Shown: positions 21,457-32,121, counted from the first letter of the stretch. The stretch: 64,000 nucleotides of DNA from Candidatus Babeliales bacterium (GCA_963716425.1 OY970310.1:1275639-1339638); one strand, 5' to 3'. Numbers and translations are program-made. Notes: generated by a model not told the origin, from the sequence alone.

Positions 21457-22142
21457 TCAAACATCTTGCAATTATAATGGATGGTAATCGACGCTGGGCA
21501 AAAAAACGTTTACTTACTCCTTGGAAGGGTCATCAAGAAGGCGTGGAAGCTGCACAAAAAACTATTGAGTTTTGCTTAAAAAAGAGCATCAAATTCCTTT
21601 CCCTTTATACTTTTTCTCTTGAAAATTTTAATCGTAGTGCAGAAGAAAATAACTATTTATTTGATATCTTGGCTGTACAGGCACATAAACGCTTGCCAGA
21701 GCTCTCAGCACAAGGAGTGCGGGTTTGCTTTGTGGGTGATCGCAGGTTATTCCCCAAAAGTATTGTGGATATAGTTGATGATGTAGAACAGCAAACCAAG
21801 CATCTTAATAAGTTGCGAGTCAATTTACTGGTTTGTTACGGTGGGCAACAAGAGATTGCCTCTGCTTGCAAAGCAATTGCTCAAAAAGTAAAAGCGGGTA
21901 TTCTTGCTGAAGACCTTATTACGCCAGACGTGGTGAATGAGCATTTGTGGACTGATGGTACGCCACCGCCAGAGCTTATTATTCGTCCAGGTGCCCGCAG
22001 ACGGCTGAGTAATTTCTTACTCTTTCAGGCAGCATATAGTGAGCTCTATTTTCTTGATTGTCTATGGCCTGATATTACTGAGCATGATTTGGAAACGGCC
22101 GTGAACTATTTTGAAAACGTTACTCATAATTTCGGAACATAA
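21453..22142 (+). CDS. uppS: Undecaprenyl diphosphate synthase
   Basis: HLAIIMDGNRRWA, FSLENFNR, RLSNFLLFQ. Confidence 0.96.
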   Translation: MIKHLAIIMDGNRRWAKKRLLTPWKGHQEGVEAAQKTIEFCLKKSIKFLSLYTFSLENFNRSAEENNYLFDILAVQAHKRLPELSAQGVRVCFVGDRRLFPKSIVDIVDDVEQQTKHLNKLRVNLLVCYGGQQEIASACKAIAQKVKAGILAEDLITPDVVNEHLWTDGTPPPELIIRPGARRRLSNFLLFQAAYSELYFLDCLWPDITEHDLETAVNYFENVTHNFGT

Positions 22143-22207
22143 TACCCTTGCTCTCCGTTGTCATTTTATGTTATACATAAAATAGAGGGATGAAGTAGTA
22201 AGGGGCA

Positions 22208-23077
22208 ATGATGGCAGACAATTATTGTTATTATGTGCTTTTCTCTTTCTTCTTTTCTTTGCATATTTCTGCAATGGAGCCAGATCTGTTTGCGTTGGTG
22301 AGGGCCGGTGATATAAAGCAGCTTTCACAAGTTCTTGCTCCACAAATAGATGTTATGGGCTATTTGGATACTGAACAGAATAGTTTGCTTCATTGTGCAG
22401 CAACGCCAGAAATTGCAGCCTTTCTTTTAAGTAGAGGGGCTCAAGTTAATGCATGTAATGCACAGCTTAACACACCGCTACATGTAGTGTTGTGGCATGG
22501 GTCTTGTGATGACTTTAATCCAGCTCAATTATTACTTGATGCGGGGGCAGATATTACCGCTCTGAATGTGAATAAGCAGAATCCTGTTCATGGTGTTGTT
22601 TCAAAAGCTCCAGAATTTGTGCGTCGATTATTTGTCCATGTGCCTCGCTGCTCTATAGAAAGAACTATGAGGTCTGAGCGCTTACAAATGGTTTATACGC
22701 TTCTTGCTAGTTTTAAAAAATCACCCACCGCACTTTACTCTACAATTCCAAAGGATGTAATGCGCATGCTCGCAGTTTATTGTTTATTTCCACCCTATCG
22801 ATCTTGTAATGAGCATGAAGTCGTGAATGCACTATTATTTGAGAAATTGGATAAGATACAAAAAGTGTTAATCACTCATGATAACCGAGAACTTACACCG
22901 GGAGATCTTGAGCTGGATTATTGGCCAGAGGATCGGTCTCGATTATTAAATCCACTTATGGTACATCAATTTGTGCCAGATATTATTGTTTCAATGGCAA
23001 GATTAGTTGAGTTGAAATTATTCTATACGTTCGAAGAAGAAATACTCAAATCCAATCAGAAATCTTCAACTGAATAG
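22208..23077 (+). CDS. Secreted ankyrin-repeat protein
   Basis: Signal peptide ending SAME; NSLLHCAA, NTPLH, LLDAGADI. Confidence 0.8.
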   Translation: MMADNYCYYVLFSFFFSLHISAMEPDLFALVRAGDIKQLSQVLAPQIDVMGYLDTEQNSLLHCAATPEIAAFLLSRGAQVNACNAQLNTPLHVVLWHGSCDDFNPAQLLLDAGADITALNVNKQNPVHGVVSKAPEFVRRLFVHVPRCSIERTMRSERLQMVYTLLASFKKSPTALYSTIPKDVMRMLAVYCLFPPYRSCNEHEVVNALLFEKLDKIQKVLITHDNRELTPGDLELDYWPEDRSRLLNPLMVHQFVPDIIVSMARLVELKLFYTFEEEILKSNQKSSTE

Positions 23078-23753
23078 TAACCCCTTTTTCTAGATCAAGA
23101 ATAGAACCTGCAAGTGGTTGTTGCGCAATAACTTTGCATTCTCTGCATATATGCCCCTCGCGCATCAAGTGCGTATGATACAGTTCTGGTTTAATGTTAT
23201 AGGCTGCCAAAAATTGAATTACCTCTTGCACTGAGCGATTATAAAATTCAGGACAGATCACTTGTTTTGTATTACCTACAGAAACATAGAGTATCATATT
23301 GTTTTGTTCTAGCGCTATCCCTGTTTCAGGAATTTGGGCAATAATAGTCCCCGTAGGTTTTTTAGAAGTAAGATGATATGTCTTATTGCGAATACCAGAA
23401 TTTTTGAGTTGTTCTTCCACTTCTTTAAATGATTTACCCACCGTGTCTGGCGCAACTAACATATCAGCTTTTTTGCTCACGGTGATGAATATCTGTTGAT
23501 GTTGTTTAATTTTTTGTCCTGCATAGGGTGTTTGGCTTAAAATGGTGCCAGCAGGAACATCATTATCAACTTGTTCGCGTAAAATGCGTGGATTTAAATC
23601 GTGGTTTGAAAGAATACTGAATGCTTCAGGTAATTGCTTGCCAATAAGTGATGGGGTTGCAACTGTTGGTGCAGTAAAAATATATGAGAGGGCAAGATAC
23701 GTGCCTATGAAACAGATGAAGGGTAACGTCCAGAGCAGGTTAGTAAGTTTCAT
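23046..23753 (-). CDS. PASTA-domain membrane-anchored protein
   Basis: N-terminal TM and three P.L.G...Q.P..G repeats. Confidence 0.85.
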   Translation of the reverse strand: MKLTNLLWTLPFICFIGTYLALSYIFTAPTVATPSLIGKQLPEAFSILSNHDLNPRILREQVDNDVPAGTILSQTPYAGQKIKQHQQIFITVSKKADMLVAPDTVGKSFKEVEEQLKNSGIRNKTYHLTSKKPTGTIIAQIPETGIALEQNNMILYVSVGNTKQVICPEFYNRSVQEVIQFLAAYNIKPELYHTHLMREGHICRECKVIAQQPLAGSILDLEKGVTIQLKISDWI

Positions 23754-23787
23754 GGCATGATATTCTGATGGTTAGTAAAGCGTAGGA

Positions 23788-24201
23788 GGATCAACAACAA
23801 TTAATAAGCCGGATTCTGTTATTGCATTGCAATATGGCAACCATTTATCTATGCAACGTACCCGTACGTTTTAAACCGGAATAAACGACCGAACGTACTG
23901 TTTGTCTTGCTCCTGGTAGGGTTTACCCAAATAAAACATTGCTGCTTTACTTTGTGCGCTCTTACCGCACATTTTCACCCTTTCCCCAACACGTTTTATC
24001 CTTCGACAAGCTCAGGATGAGCGGTTAAGGTGGTTATTTTCTGTGGCACTCTCCGTCAGACATCTTTTACCTATCTGCCCATGCTTGAGACAAGCTCTTG
24101 CATGGTACCGTGTTTATTAGGAGTCCGGACTTTCCTCTTTCTTGTACCTTCGTAATTAAACGAATTCCAGAGAAAGCGATTACCTAAATTGCTGTTGATC
24201 C
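23788..24201 (-). ncRNA. rnpB: RNase P RNA
   Basis: Minus strand has GAGGAAAGUCCGG, AGUGCCACAGAAAA, GGGUGAAA..GUGCGGUAAGAGCGCAC, GGUAAACCC..GAGCAAG, AGAUAAAUG, ACAGAAUCCGGCUUAU; P1 = GGAUCAACAGCAAUU paired with AAUUGUUGUUGAUCC. Confidence 0.95.
23998..24026. repeat. REP-like repeat inside rnpB
   Basis: atccttcgacaagctcaggatgagcggtt. Confidence 0.75.
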
Positions 24202-24632
24202 GTATATTTCAAAATGACATACATCACTAGTATACTACCACAAAATGGTAAAAAAGTACAGATAAACTGGGGAAAAACTCCGGTAGCTAGGGGTTCAAGG
24301 GCTAGTTTTTGTACACTGAAAGCCAGGGTAAAAAGGGCATAGGGGAGTAAGTCTCTGGCTGCAGGCATTAATAGCTGGTTTAGTGCAGGAGTTGCTGCAA
24401 AAAAGGGTACTGCATAAAGGAGTGGGGGACCCATTTGGTCAAAGGCAAGAAAGTAATCAAAGCATATCAGGCTGATGCCATAGATCTTAAGCAGGATTGA
24501 ACTGTTTGTGTGCGACAGTATAAGAATGGTTGCACACAAGAGCAAAGGGATTTGGCATCCGAATATTGCACTAAGCACACTATTTGTTATTAAGAGAAAT
24601 GTGAGAATAGGGTAGTAATGCCAGTTTTGCAT
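24180..24632 (-). CDS. Hypothetical membrane protein
   Basis: About 5 hydrophobic helices; the last codons overlap the rnpB 5' end. Confidence 0.55.
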   Translation of the reverse strand: MQNWHYYPILTFLLITNSVLSAIFGCQIPLLLCATILILSHTNSSILLKIYGISLICFDYFLAFDQMGPPLLYAVPFFAATPALNQLLMPAARDLLPYALFTLAFSVQKLALEPLATGVFPQFICTFLPFCGSILVMYVILKYTDQQQFR

Positions 24633-24714
24633 TTGTTTTCGATTGACAATTTTAAGTTGATAACATATGATTTCTTCTTAGATATAGTTTACTCAAAAAT
24701 ATTGGGAGCGCCAC

Positions 24715-25020
24715 ATGAAAAAAACGTTTGCATTAATTATATGTGCGAATTTAATTACACATGCACCTACTATATCAGCTGTTCATGCGCCCACTCCATT
24801 TGTATTGGATCTGGAGGCTCCTGTTAAAGAATCAATTATTGTGCCACACAACAGCGATGATGTAACAGCTTTTGTTATCGCACATAAAAAAGAGTTGGCA
24901 GTTTTTGCGATAGCAATTACTATTGGATTGTCGTTAAAGTATTGTAGTTATATACAAGGGATAGTAGGAATAGATACTGAAGACGAAATTGACGATTGGC
25001 GTGTTTTCATTCAAGAATAG
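24715..25020 (+). CDS. Hypothetical secreted/membrane protein
   Basis: Signal peptide MKKTFALII, second TM; SD GGAG. Confidence 0.55.
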   Translation: MKKTFALIICANLITHAPTISAVHAPTPFVLDLEAPVKESIIVPHNSDDVTAFVIAHKKELAVFAIAITIGLSLKYCSYIQGIVGIDTEDEIDDWRVFIQE

Positions 25021-26932
25021 CTTACTTATTTTTTTTGCTTTTGTTGTTTGCGCCTCAGCTATTGCATGTGGCGCACTCTTTTTTGTGTCCCAATATCACG
25101 TAATAGATCTTTCTGTGCTGGAGCGTTATGATCCAGGAAAGCCGTCCTTATTACTTGATTGCCATGGTGTTGAATGGGGGCGGTTTCAGCATGATAAACG
25201 TAAACCCATTCCATTCAAGCACATGCCAGAGCATTTAATCCAAGCATTCCTTGCAGCAGAAGATCATGATTTTTTTAGTCATCCCGGCATTTCAATAAAA
25301 GGGATTGTGCGCTCAATGCTGGTTAATCTTTATTATGGTAAAAAAAAGCAGGGCGCAAGTACTATCACCCAACAATTGATCAAACTACTGTATGTTGGTG
25401 CAGATAAAACGTTTACGCGCAAATTCAAAGAACAAATAATGGCCGTGCTGGTGGAGCGTCAATTTAGTAAAGAACACATACTGCAAACATATTTAAACCA
25501 TGTGTATTTTGGGTGCGGTATTTATGGCGTTGAGGCTGCAAGTAAACGGTTTTGGGGCATTCCTGCCCAAGAACTTTCTATTGAACAAGCTGCAACTCTT
25601 GCTGCAATAGTAAAATCACCAGGATTATATTCTCCGCTTTTATGCCCTCTGTCTTGTCTTGAGCGACGCAATGTGGTATTGAGATCTATGCGAGAATTAC
25701 GTGTTATTGATAAAGGGGTATGTGGTACTTTGCAACAAGCGCCACTTGGCATTGTTCATCAGGAATATGAACAGTTGGCTTCTCATTTGCAAGAAGTTAT
25801 TCGCCAAGACGTAGAAGCTCTCGTGGGCAAGAATGCATTGTATTCAGAAGGATACGTTATCCAAACTACGCTTGATGCAAACATGCAACGGGTAGCCCAG
25901 CGTGAATTTATTGCGCACATGAATACCATGCGTCAGGAAATTCGCCCAGATATTGATGGAGCATTAATAACCATTGCGGTAGCTACTGGCGAAGTGCGTG
26001 CATTAATTGGTGGGTATGATTTTACGCGCTCAAAATTTAACCGTGCACTGCAAGCACAACGGCAAATGGGTTCGATCTTAAAGCCACTTATTTATGCAGC
26101 AGCTATTGATGCAGGGTTACGGTTTGACGATACGTTTATGGATGAGCCTATTGCAGTGCCTTCGGGTGGTACCATATGGGAGCCACGCAATAACACCTTA
26201 ACCTTTGACGGCCAAATGACGCTTGCTCATGCATTATCACGCTCAAATAATATTGTAAGCATTAAAGCATTGCTTGCAATAGGCCCTGATCGTGCTGCAG
26301 ACCTAATTGAAAAAGGTCAGTTAGGCACAGTGCCTGCATATCCTTCTCTTGCTTTAGGGTGTATTGATCGCACCCTCAAAGACGTTGCTGCCATGTTTAA
26401 TATATTTGCCAATCATGGCACATATGTGGAGCCGCATTATTTGTTGTGGATAAAAGACAAATGGGGCAAAAAAATATATAAAGCATCACCAGAACGCAAA
26501 CAAGTGGTTAGAGCACCTGTTGCTGATCAAGTAAATAGTGTGCTTCAGGCAAGTATGGAGCGTGGTAAAAAAAGACGCAAAGATTGGATTGATAGTGAGG
26601 CGATTGGTAAAACGGGAACTACTAATGATTGGCGCACTACATGGTTTGCGGGTGCAACTCCGGAACTGACTACCGCAATTTACATTGGGTGTGATGATAA
26701 TGCGCCAATGGGAATTAACTGTTATGCTTCTCGCATGGCGTTTCCCATTTGGTTTGGTATGCATAAAGAAGTTGCCTGCAACAGTAAACGGTTTACCTTT
26801 GATCATTCACTCAAAGAGATGCTGGTGGATCCAATAACCGGCATGCAGGTTGCTGAAAATACTGCCGGAGCAATGCCTATTCTGGTGCCAAAAAATTCAT
26901 ACTTTGAACGCCCACCACTGGTTATTTCATGA
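24989..26932 (+). CDS. mrcA: Class A penicillin-binding protein (PBP1A family)
   Basis: AAEDHDFFSH, GASTITQQL, SILKP, SNN, KTGT. Confidence 0.92.
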   Translation: MTIGVFSFKNSLLIFFAFVVCASAIACGALFFVSQYHVIDLSVLERYDPGKPSLLLDCHGVEWGRFQHDKRKPIPFKHMPEHLIQAFLAAEDHDFFSHPGISIKGIVRSMLVNLYYGKKKQGASTITQQLIKLLYVGADKTFTRKFKEQIMAVLVERQFSKEHILQTYLNHVYFGCGIYGVEAASKRFWGIPAQELSIEQAATLAAIVKSPGLYSPLLCPLSCLERRNVVLRSMRELRVIDKGVCGTLQQAPLGIVHQEYEQLASHLQEVIRQDVEALVGKNALYSEGYVIQTTLDANMQRVAQREFIAHMNTMRQEIRPDIDGALITIAVATGEVRALIGGYDFTRSKFNRALQAQRQMGSILKPLIYAAAIDAGLRFDDTFMDEPIAVPSGGTIWEPRNNTLTFDGQMTLAHALSRSNNIVSIKALLAIGPDRAADLIEKGQLGTVPAYPSLALGCIDRTLKDVAAMFNIFANHGTYVEPHYLLWIKDKWGKKIYKASPERKQVVRAPVADQVNSVLQASMERGKKRRKDWIDSEAIGKTGTTNDWRTTWFAGATPELTTAIYIGCDDNAPMGINCYASRMAFPIWFGMHKEVACNSKRFTFDHSLKEMLVDPITGMQVAENTAGAMPILVPKNSYFERPPLVIS

Positions 26933-26942
26933 ACTTATAAAA

Positions 26943-28463
26943 TTAGTCCATCTCAGTAACATGAAAATCTTTAAATTGGTATCCACTAATTTTTTTAGCT
27001 TCTTGCGCTGAAAGCACAATCTCACCGCTCCAAATTGGCCCCCAGAAAGGCCCTGCAAGCTCCAGAATCTCTTGGTGATCAATATCATCTGCGGTGCAAA
27101 TGCCCACATTGGGATGACACATTGCATAGATAACTGATGCTACCACGCTTGATGCAACTTGGAGTGTGGTCGCATTAATTTCATTGTCTTGCGGATCAAT
27201 GATTGCACGTGTTTCATCAATGCTGAGCAAACTTCCTGTCCACCACAAGCCAAAGTCTCCCATAAGTAAGCAGCCCAATTCATCAGTGCCCGAGATAATG
27301 TCATTATAAAGAATACGTTGTTCTTTTTGGGGCACATATTCATTCATTCTGAATTCATGGATTGCGGCAAGCGCACCATCGCACGGACAATAGACATAAT
27401 GCACGGTAGGGCGATAGATAGCATTGCTTGCTCTATCTATATGGCGTTTTGGATTATGAATATAATTTATTGGTTCTTCATTGGGAAATATAGCAAGTCG
27501 GTCACTAATGCTATATGCTTCACCATGGCGAATAAGCATGCCAATTATAGGTCCACTTTTGATCCAACTTTTGATTAGTGTTGCAAGACCGCGTGATTTT
27601 AAACAAATCTGATTTTTATTACCAGTCTTATGAGTTACTGCATTGTGCGGTAATGTTTTTTCATGCGTGCCCCAACCAAGTTCAGCAGGAGCCACACCTT
27701 CTTCTATAAAACCTTCTACAGACCAGGTGTTTACAAACTCCTTTGGTCTTTTTGGCTTTGTGGTGATTTGAGTATCTCGTTCAGAAATATGAACTACTTT
27801 TAAACCAATTTCTTGTGCGAGCCAGTTAAAATAATTGTTTTTGATGTATTCAAGATATTTTTCTTTTTGGGTTTCAGAAACCTTATCGCTTGGGATAAGT
27901 TTTTGCATTACAATATCGGTGATCCCTTTTTTGACCAAGTGAGAAATAAATCCTGGATTTGCCCCATGGTCAAGAATGGCCGTTGGTTGTACATCTGTTT
28001 TTCCCCAATTCTGTATCATCGAGCGAATATTTTTATGACGGTGGTAGAGTGTTGTCTCTTGAAGAGTTGAGGCTGATGTGTAAGGATCCCATACTTCTAT
28101 GCTGGTATTAATGTAGAGAATGCCATTCTCGTGACAATATTCAAGCAGTGTGCAGGTATCTATATTCCAAGAAAGATCAAGCAGCAGATCACCTTGTTTG
28201 AGATATTTTGATAAGATAGATTCATAATTGTCTGGCGTAATGGTGAGCTTGTGAAAATGTGCGCCTTTATCAAGATAGGTTGTAATATTGTTACTCACAT
28301 CCACAAAATCAATGATATTAAGTTTTTTAGGATCAAAGTCTATTAGTTGGAATAATAATGGTAGTGATGCACGAGCAACTGCTCCGCAACCGAGCATTAA
28401 AATGTTGCCATCATGTTTAACTTGCTTTTGCATTGCTTTGGCATGTGCTACTCGATTATTCAT
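26943..28463 (-). CDS. hss: Homospermidine synthase
   Basis: GCGAV, HGANPG, ERDTQ, NTWSVEGF..EG..PAELGWG, HGEA, YRPTVHYVY, NATTLQV. Confidence 0.9.
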   Translation of the reverse strand: MNNRVAHAKAMQKQVKHDGNILMLGCGAVARASLPLLFQLIDFDPKKLNIIDFVDVSNNITTYLDKGAHFHKLTITPDNYESILSKYLKQGDLLLDLSWNIDTCTLLEYCHENGILYINTSIEVWDPYTSASTLQETTLYHRHKNIRSMIQNWGKTDVQPTAILDHGANPGFISHLVKKGITDIVMQKLIPSDKVSETQKEKYLEYIKNNYFNWLAQEIGLKVVHISERDTQITTKPKRPKEFVNTWSVEGFIEEGVAPAELGWGTHEKTLPHNAVTHKTGNKNQICLKSRGLATLIKSWIKSGPIIGMLIRHGEAYSISDRLAIFPNEEPINYIHNPKRHIDRASNAIYRPTVHYVYCPCDGALAAIHEFRMNEYVPQKEQRILYNDIISGTDELGCLLMGDFGLWWTGSLLSIDETRAIIDPQDNEINATTLQVASSVVASVIYAMCHPNVGICTADDIDHQEILELAGPFWGPIWSGEIVLSAQEAKKISGYQFKDFHVTEMD

Positions 28464-28487
28464 AGTACCTCTCTCTCTTATACAATA

Positions 28488-29501
28488 TTATTCTAACGAT
28501 CGTTGGATTTCTCTGGCGAGTAATTCATTTTTTTCTATATCTTTTTGTCTAATCACTTTCACCAGCTCCGGATACTTACGCTCCATGGCTACTGCGTTTG
28601 TGACTTGATGCTGTGTAGATTTAGTTTCAAGTGGAATGGTTATATACTGTTTTTGCAGTGCTTCAAGCTCAAATAGCGTTCCCGCGCCAGCTCTGCAAAT
28701 GACTATATCCGCCAATTTGTAATAGGGAACACAGGTGGGTTCATATGAGAATACGTATGCGGGAATATGATGCTCTTTGTACCAAGATCTCCAAGAATCA
28801 AGATGATCATCACGATTACCAATTTGGTGAATAATATTGACGGATTTGGCCAAATTTTTGTTCTTTGAGAGTGTGTCCTTGAGCGCTTTATTGAGTACCT
28901 CAGATCCTTGGGATCCACCCAACATGAAAATAGTTTTTTTGGTATCATCAAAATTAAGTTCGTCATATGATTTTGAGGCTGTATTTAATGAAATATAAAG
29001 TGGGTACTCAGTTTTTTTTCTTTTGGCTTGAGGCAGTGCTCCAGCTGTTTCATCAAAGCAATAGTGGACATGAGTTGCTAATTTGCTCAACCAATGTATG
29101 GCACTTCCGGGCTCTGCATTCAGCTCATATAAATCAATGGGAATGCCAAGCCACCAACCCGCAAGGCATACGGGCAATGCAATGAGGCCGCCCGTTGAAA
29201 TAATTGATTCTGGCCGTGTTCTACGCAGTAAAGTAAAACTTATACAAAAACTTGCGAGTAACTGCCAACCAAAAATTGGCAGACGCCATGGCTTACGATA
29301 CGGAATATTGGTCAGCGTGAATGGTACGTGTTCATTAATATTTTTGTTATTATTGAGTAATTTTTGATCGAGTGCAGTATTTGTGGAAATAAAAAGAATA
29401 TTGGATTGAGGGTCAAGATGCTTAGTTTGTTTGGCAAGCGCAAGAGCGGGTAAAATATGGCCGGCTGATTTGGCGGCCACATAACAATACGTTGTTATCA
29501 T
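28488..29501 (-). CDS. murG: MurG glycosyltransferase
   Basis: AGHILPA, STGG, ELN..PG, GGSQGS, RAGAGT, HQ..NA. Confidence 0.9.
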   Translation of the reverse strand: MITTYCYVAAKSAGHILPALALAKQTKHLDPQSNILFISTNTALDQKLLNNNKNINEHVPFTLTNIPYRKPWRLPIFGWQLLASFCISFTLLRRTRPESIISTGGLIALPVCLAGWWLGIPIDLYELNAEPGSAIHWLSKLATHVHYCFDETAGALPQAKRKKTEYPLYISLNTASKSYDELNFDDTKKTIFMLGGSQGSEVLNKALKDTLSKNKNLAKSVNIIHQIGNRDDHLDSWRSWYKEHHIPAYVFSYEPTCVPYYKLADIVICRAGAGTLFELEALQKQYITIPLETKSTQHQVTNAVAMERKYPELVKVIRQKDIEKNELLAREIQRSLE

Positions 29502-30289
29502 AATCTACTAAAGTATATCGTTTTTTCTGATTGATAAAAGCTATTTGATTGTTTCTGTACTTGAGGTATAAATTTCTTTAATGTTTGGGGTGTCATTTCT
29601 TTTACACCACTTTTTTGGAGTTCACGTTCAATATTATCAAGCAATTGTAAAAATACAGCAGCTTGTTCAAAACGTGGATTTAGTTCCAGCGTCTTTTTTG
29701 CATATTCACGAGCTTTCTCAAGATAATGTTGCACCGCAAAGATTTGCGCTTTCAAGAAATGGAACAAAAATTCGGTGTGTTGTTGTACTGAATGCTTCAA
29801 ATAGGTATCAACTACCTCAAGTGCCTTTGTATATTCTTGAAGTCGTGAATATGATTCCGCTGCAAAATAAGCAGCTTCTGCATGTGTTTTATTCTTTTCA
29901 TAAATGTCTACAAACTTGGCATGGGCTTGTGCAAAATTTTTGGTATACAGTAATGCTTGTGCAAAAATGAGTTGCATATCGCGATCATTTGCAAATTGCG
30001 TATCAACGAGTGGCATTACGTTGAGAATTGCAGGGTAATTATGTGATTTATAGAGTGCGGTAACATAGCCATGGAGTGCATAGGGTGATGGATTGTCAGC
30101 TAAAATTTTTGAATACCAATAGGCTGCGGGTTTAATATTTCCTTGGCGGTATTGATAATTACCCCACAATGACCAATGATAATGGTTCACTTCATCCGCT
30201 TCACGTACTATATCGGTCAGTTGGTTAATTGATTCGGTTTTGCATGGCGCTGCAACCAGTAACATGGATATTATTAGTATGTGCTTCAT
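29498..30289 (-). CDS. TPR-repeat secreted protein
   Basis: Signal peptide; TPR-like helices (AKKTLELNP). Confidence 0.75.
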   Translation of the reverse strand: MKHILIISMLLVAAPCKTESINQLTDIVREADEVNHYHWSLWGNYQYRQGNIKPAAYWYSKILADNPSPYALHGYVTALYKSHNYPAILNVMPLVDTQFANDRDMQLIFAQALLYTKNFAQAHAKFVDIYEKNKTHAEAAYFAAESYSRLQEYTKALEVVDTYLKHSVQQHTEFLFHFLKAQIFAVQHYLEKAREYAKKTLELNPRFEQAAVFLQLLDNIERELQKSGVKEMTPQTLKKFIPQVQKQSNSFYQSEKTIYFSRL

Positions 30290-30741
30290 TTTTTCTCCTG
30301 ATAGCAGGTTAACAACAATTCTTTAAGAGCTTCCCGCAATTCTGGATCCTCTACTTGATCAAGCGTTGTTTGCTCAAATCGAGTTAATGTATGCTTTGAT
30401 TGATCTTTGGGTTGCTGTGTTTTCTCCTTTTTGGGTTGGGGGGCAGCATTTTGTTGAGTGTACTCACTTTCCCCTACATTCTTAAAATGTAGCTTAATGA
30501 TATAGGGTTTATCAAGACTCTTGTTAATTGTCTCAATTAAAAGCGGAGATAATAGGTACATCTCCTGCAGCCAACTTGAATCCTTCACGCCAAGGAGTAA
30601 CGCACTATCATATACTTTGAGTAGCTGTACATGCTCCGATAGATGCCCAATAATGTTTTTCCAATTAATATGGAGTTCAGCTTTCCACGATGTTTGTTGT
30701 GGAATAATGGTGATTAAGAGATCTTTAAGTGAGGTAGCCAT
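30286..30741 (-). CDS. dciA: DUF721/DciA family protein
   Basis: W..IIG.L......LLLGV..SSW.QEM......LI..IN pattern plus disordered basic tail. Confidence 0.75.
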   Translation of the reverse strand: MATSLKDLLITIIPQQTSWKAELHINWKNIIGHLSEHVQLLKVYDSALLLGVKDSSWLQEMYLLSPLLIETINKSLDKPYIIKLHFKNVGESEYTQQNAAPQPKKEKTQQPKDQSKHTLTRFEQTTLDQVEDPELREALKELLLTCYQEKK

Positions 30742-30896
30742 GCATATAGAGTATAGTCTCTTGTGGTATCAATCAAGAACAAATTGTAATTACATTCGTT
30801 TGCATTCGTTACATTGCTCAGCTTTTTGATGACAAGCATTGCAAGAAGTTGCCATAAAGCTTGGAAGTGAGACAATAAAAAGAGTGCTTCTAAATA

Positions 30897-32063
30897 TTAA
30901 GGAACAATAGGCCTTTTATTTTTACTAATTTTTTTAAGCACAGATTCATCGATTTTTAAATGTGCTCGCACTAATTCATGAGGTGTATATGCAAGCCAAT
31001 GTGCTAGTGAAATATCGGCAAAATAATCGCTTCTAAATATTTCTAGGAAACGCAACGTGGTATTTCCAATATTTTCAACATAATGGCCCATGTGAATTGG
31101 CACAACACCTACGTCACCAGCTTGATAATTGAATGTACGTGAAATGTTGGCGGCAGTAAAGACTGTCATACGTGCTTGCCCTTGAATGTAATATTGCCAT
31201 TCATCAGCATTCGGGTGCCAGTGTAATTCACGCATACCACCTGGCTCAATTTCTACCAATGCAGCTGAAATTGTTTTGGAAGCGGGAAATACACTTGAAT
31301 CAGTAATGCGAACGGTGCCGCTTTTTGTACTAATAGGTTTTTGAGCCATCATTCGGTGACTGAAGGTTACAGGCACTGGTCCATTACCTTTCACACGGTC
31401 TTTGCTCAGTGGACCTGGTGCTGTTGATTGAAATATGTACAGTTCTTTGGTGGGAATGTTTGCAAATGCACTTTCAGCTACTTGGAAATTTTTTGCAACT
31501 ACTTCTTTGGGCATACGAGCCAAAAAGTTGGTTAATAAAAAAGTCTCTTCTTCTGAGAAGTTGCCGTCATCAAAAACAAGCAAAAATTCACAACCATCAT
31601 TTTCAAGGCCTTGAATTGAGTGGGGAATCCCTGCCGGAAAATACCAGAGGTCGCCCTCGAATACATCGTCTTGGAATGTACAACCATTTTGGTCAACAGC
31701 GGTGATGCGTGCCCCGCCTTTGAGCATAAAAGCCCATTCGGCTGCATGATGCCAATGTAACTCACGTACTGCACCAGCCTTAAGGCGCATGTTGACGCCT
31801 GCAATAGTTGTGGAGATTGGTAATTCTCTAACAGTCACCTCACGTGCCCAGCCACCATCTTCAATGCGCATGTGACTATCGGCAAATGACCATTTTAGAT
31901 TTGGCATTAATCCTTGATCAGTTCTTGGGGGAACTAAAAGGTCCGGATTTTGAGCTTCAAGTTCAATGTTTCTTGGTCCAATTATTGATGCTCCCAATTT
32001 GCCGCTGATCGGTTCAAGTGTGTTTGATGTATCTTTTGGGATACGTTTTCGATTTGTTTTCAT
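30897..32063 (-). CDS. oxdC: Oxalate decarboxylase (bicupin)
   Basis: Two RELHWH...EW cupin motifs; GWAREVT; FDDGNFSEE.TF. Confidence 0.93.
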   Translation of the reverse strand: MKTNRKRIPKDTSNTLEPISGKLGASIIGPRNIELEAQNPDLLVPPRTDQGLMPNLKWSFADSHMRIEDGGWAREVTVRELPISTTIAGVNMRLKAGAVRELHWHHAAEWAFMLKGGARITAVDQNGCTFQDDVFEGDLWYFPAGIPHSIQGLENDGCEFLLVFDDGNFSEEETFLLTNFLARMPKEVVAKNFQVAESAFANIPTKELYIFQSTAPGPLSKDRVKGNGPVPVTFSHRMMAQKPISTKSGTVRITDSSVFPASKTISAALVEIEPGGMRELHWHPNADEWQYYIQGQARMTVFTAANISRTFNYQAGDVGVVPIHMGHYVENIGNTTLRFLEIFRSDYFADISLAHWLAYTPHELVRAHLKIDESVLKKISKNKRPIVP

Positions 32064-32121
32064 ACTAAATTCCTCGGCAGATTTTTCACTATTCTATTAT
32101 GTGCAAAAAATATAATGTATC

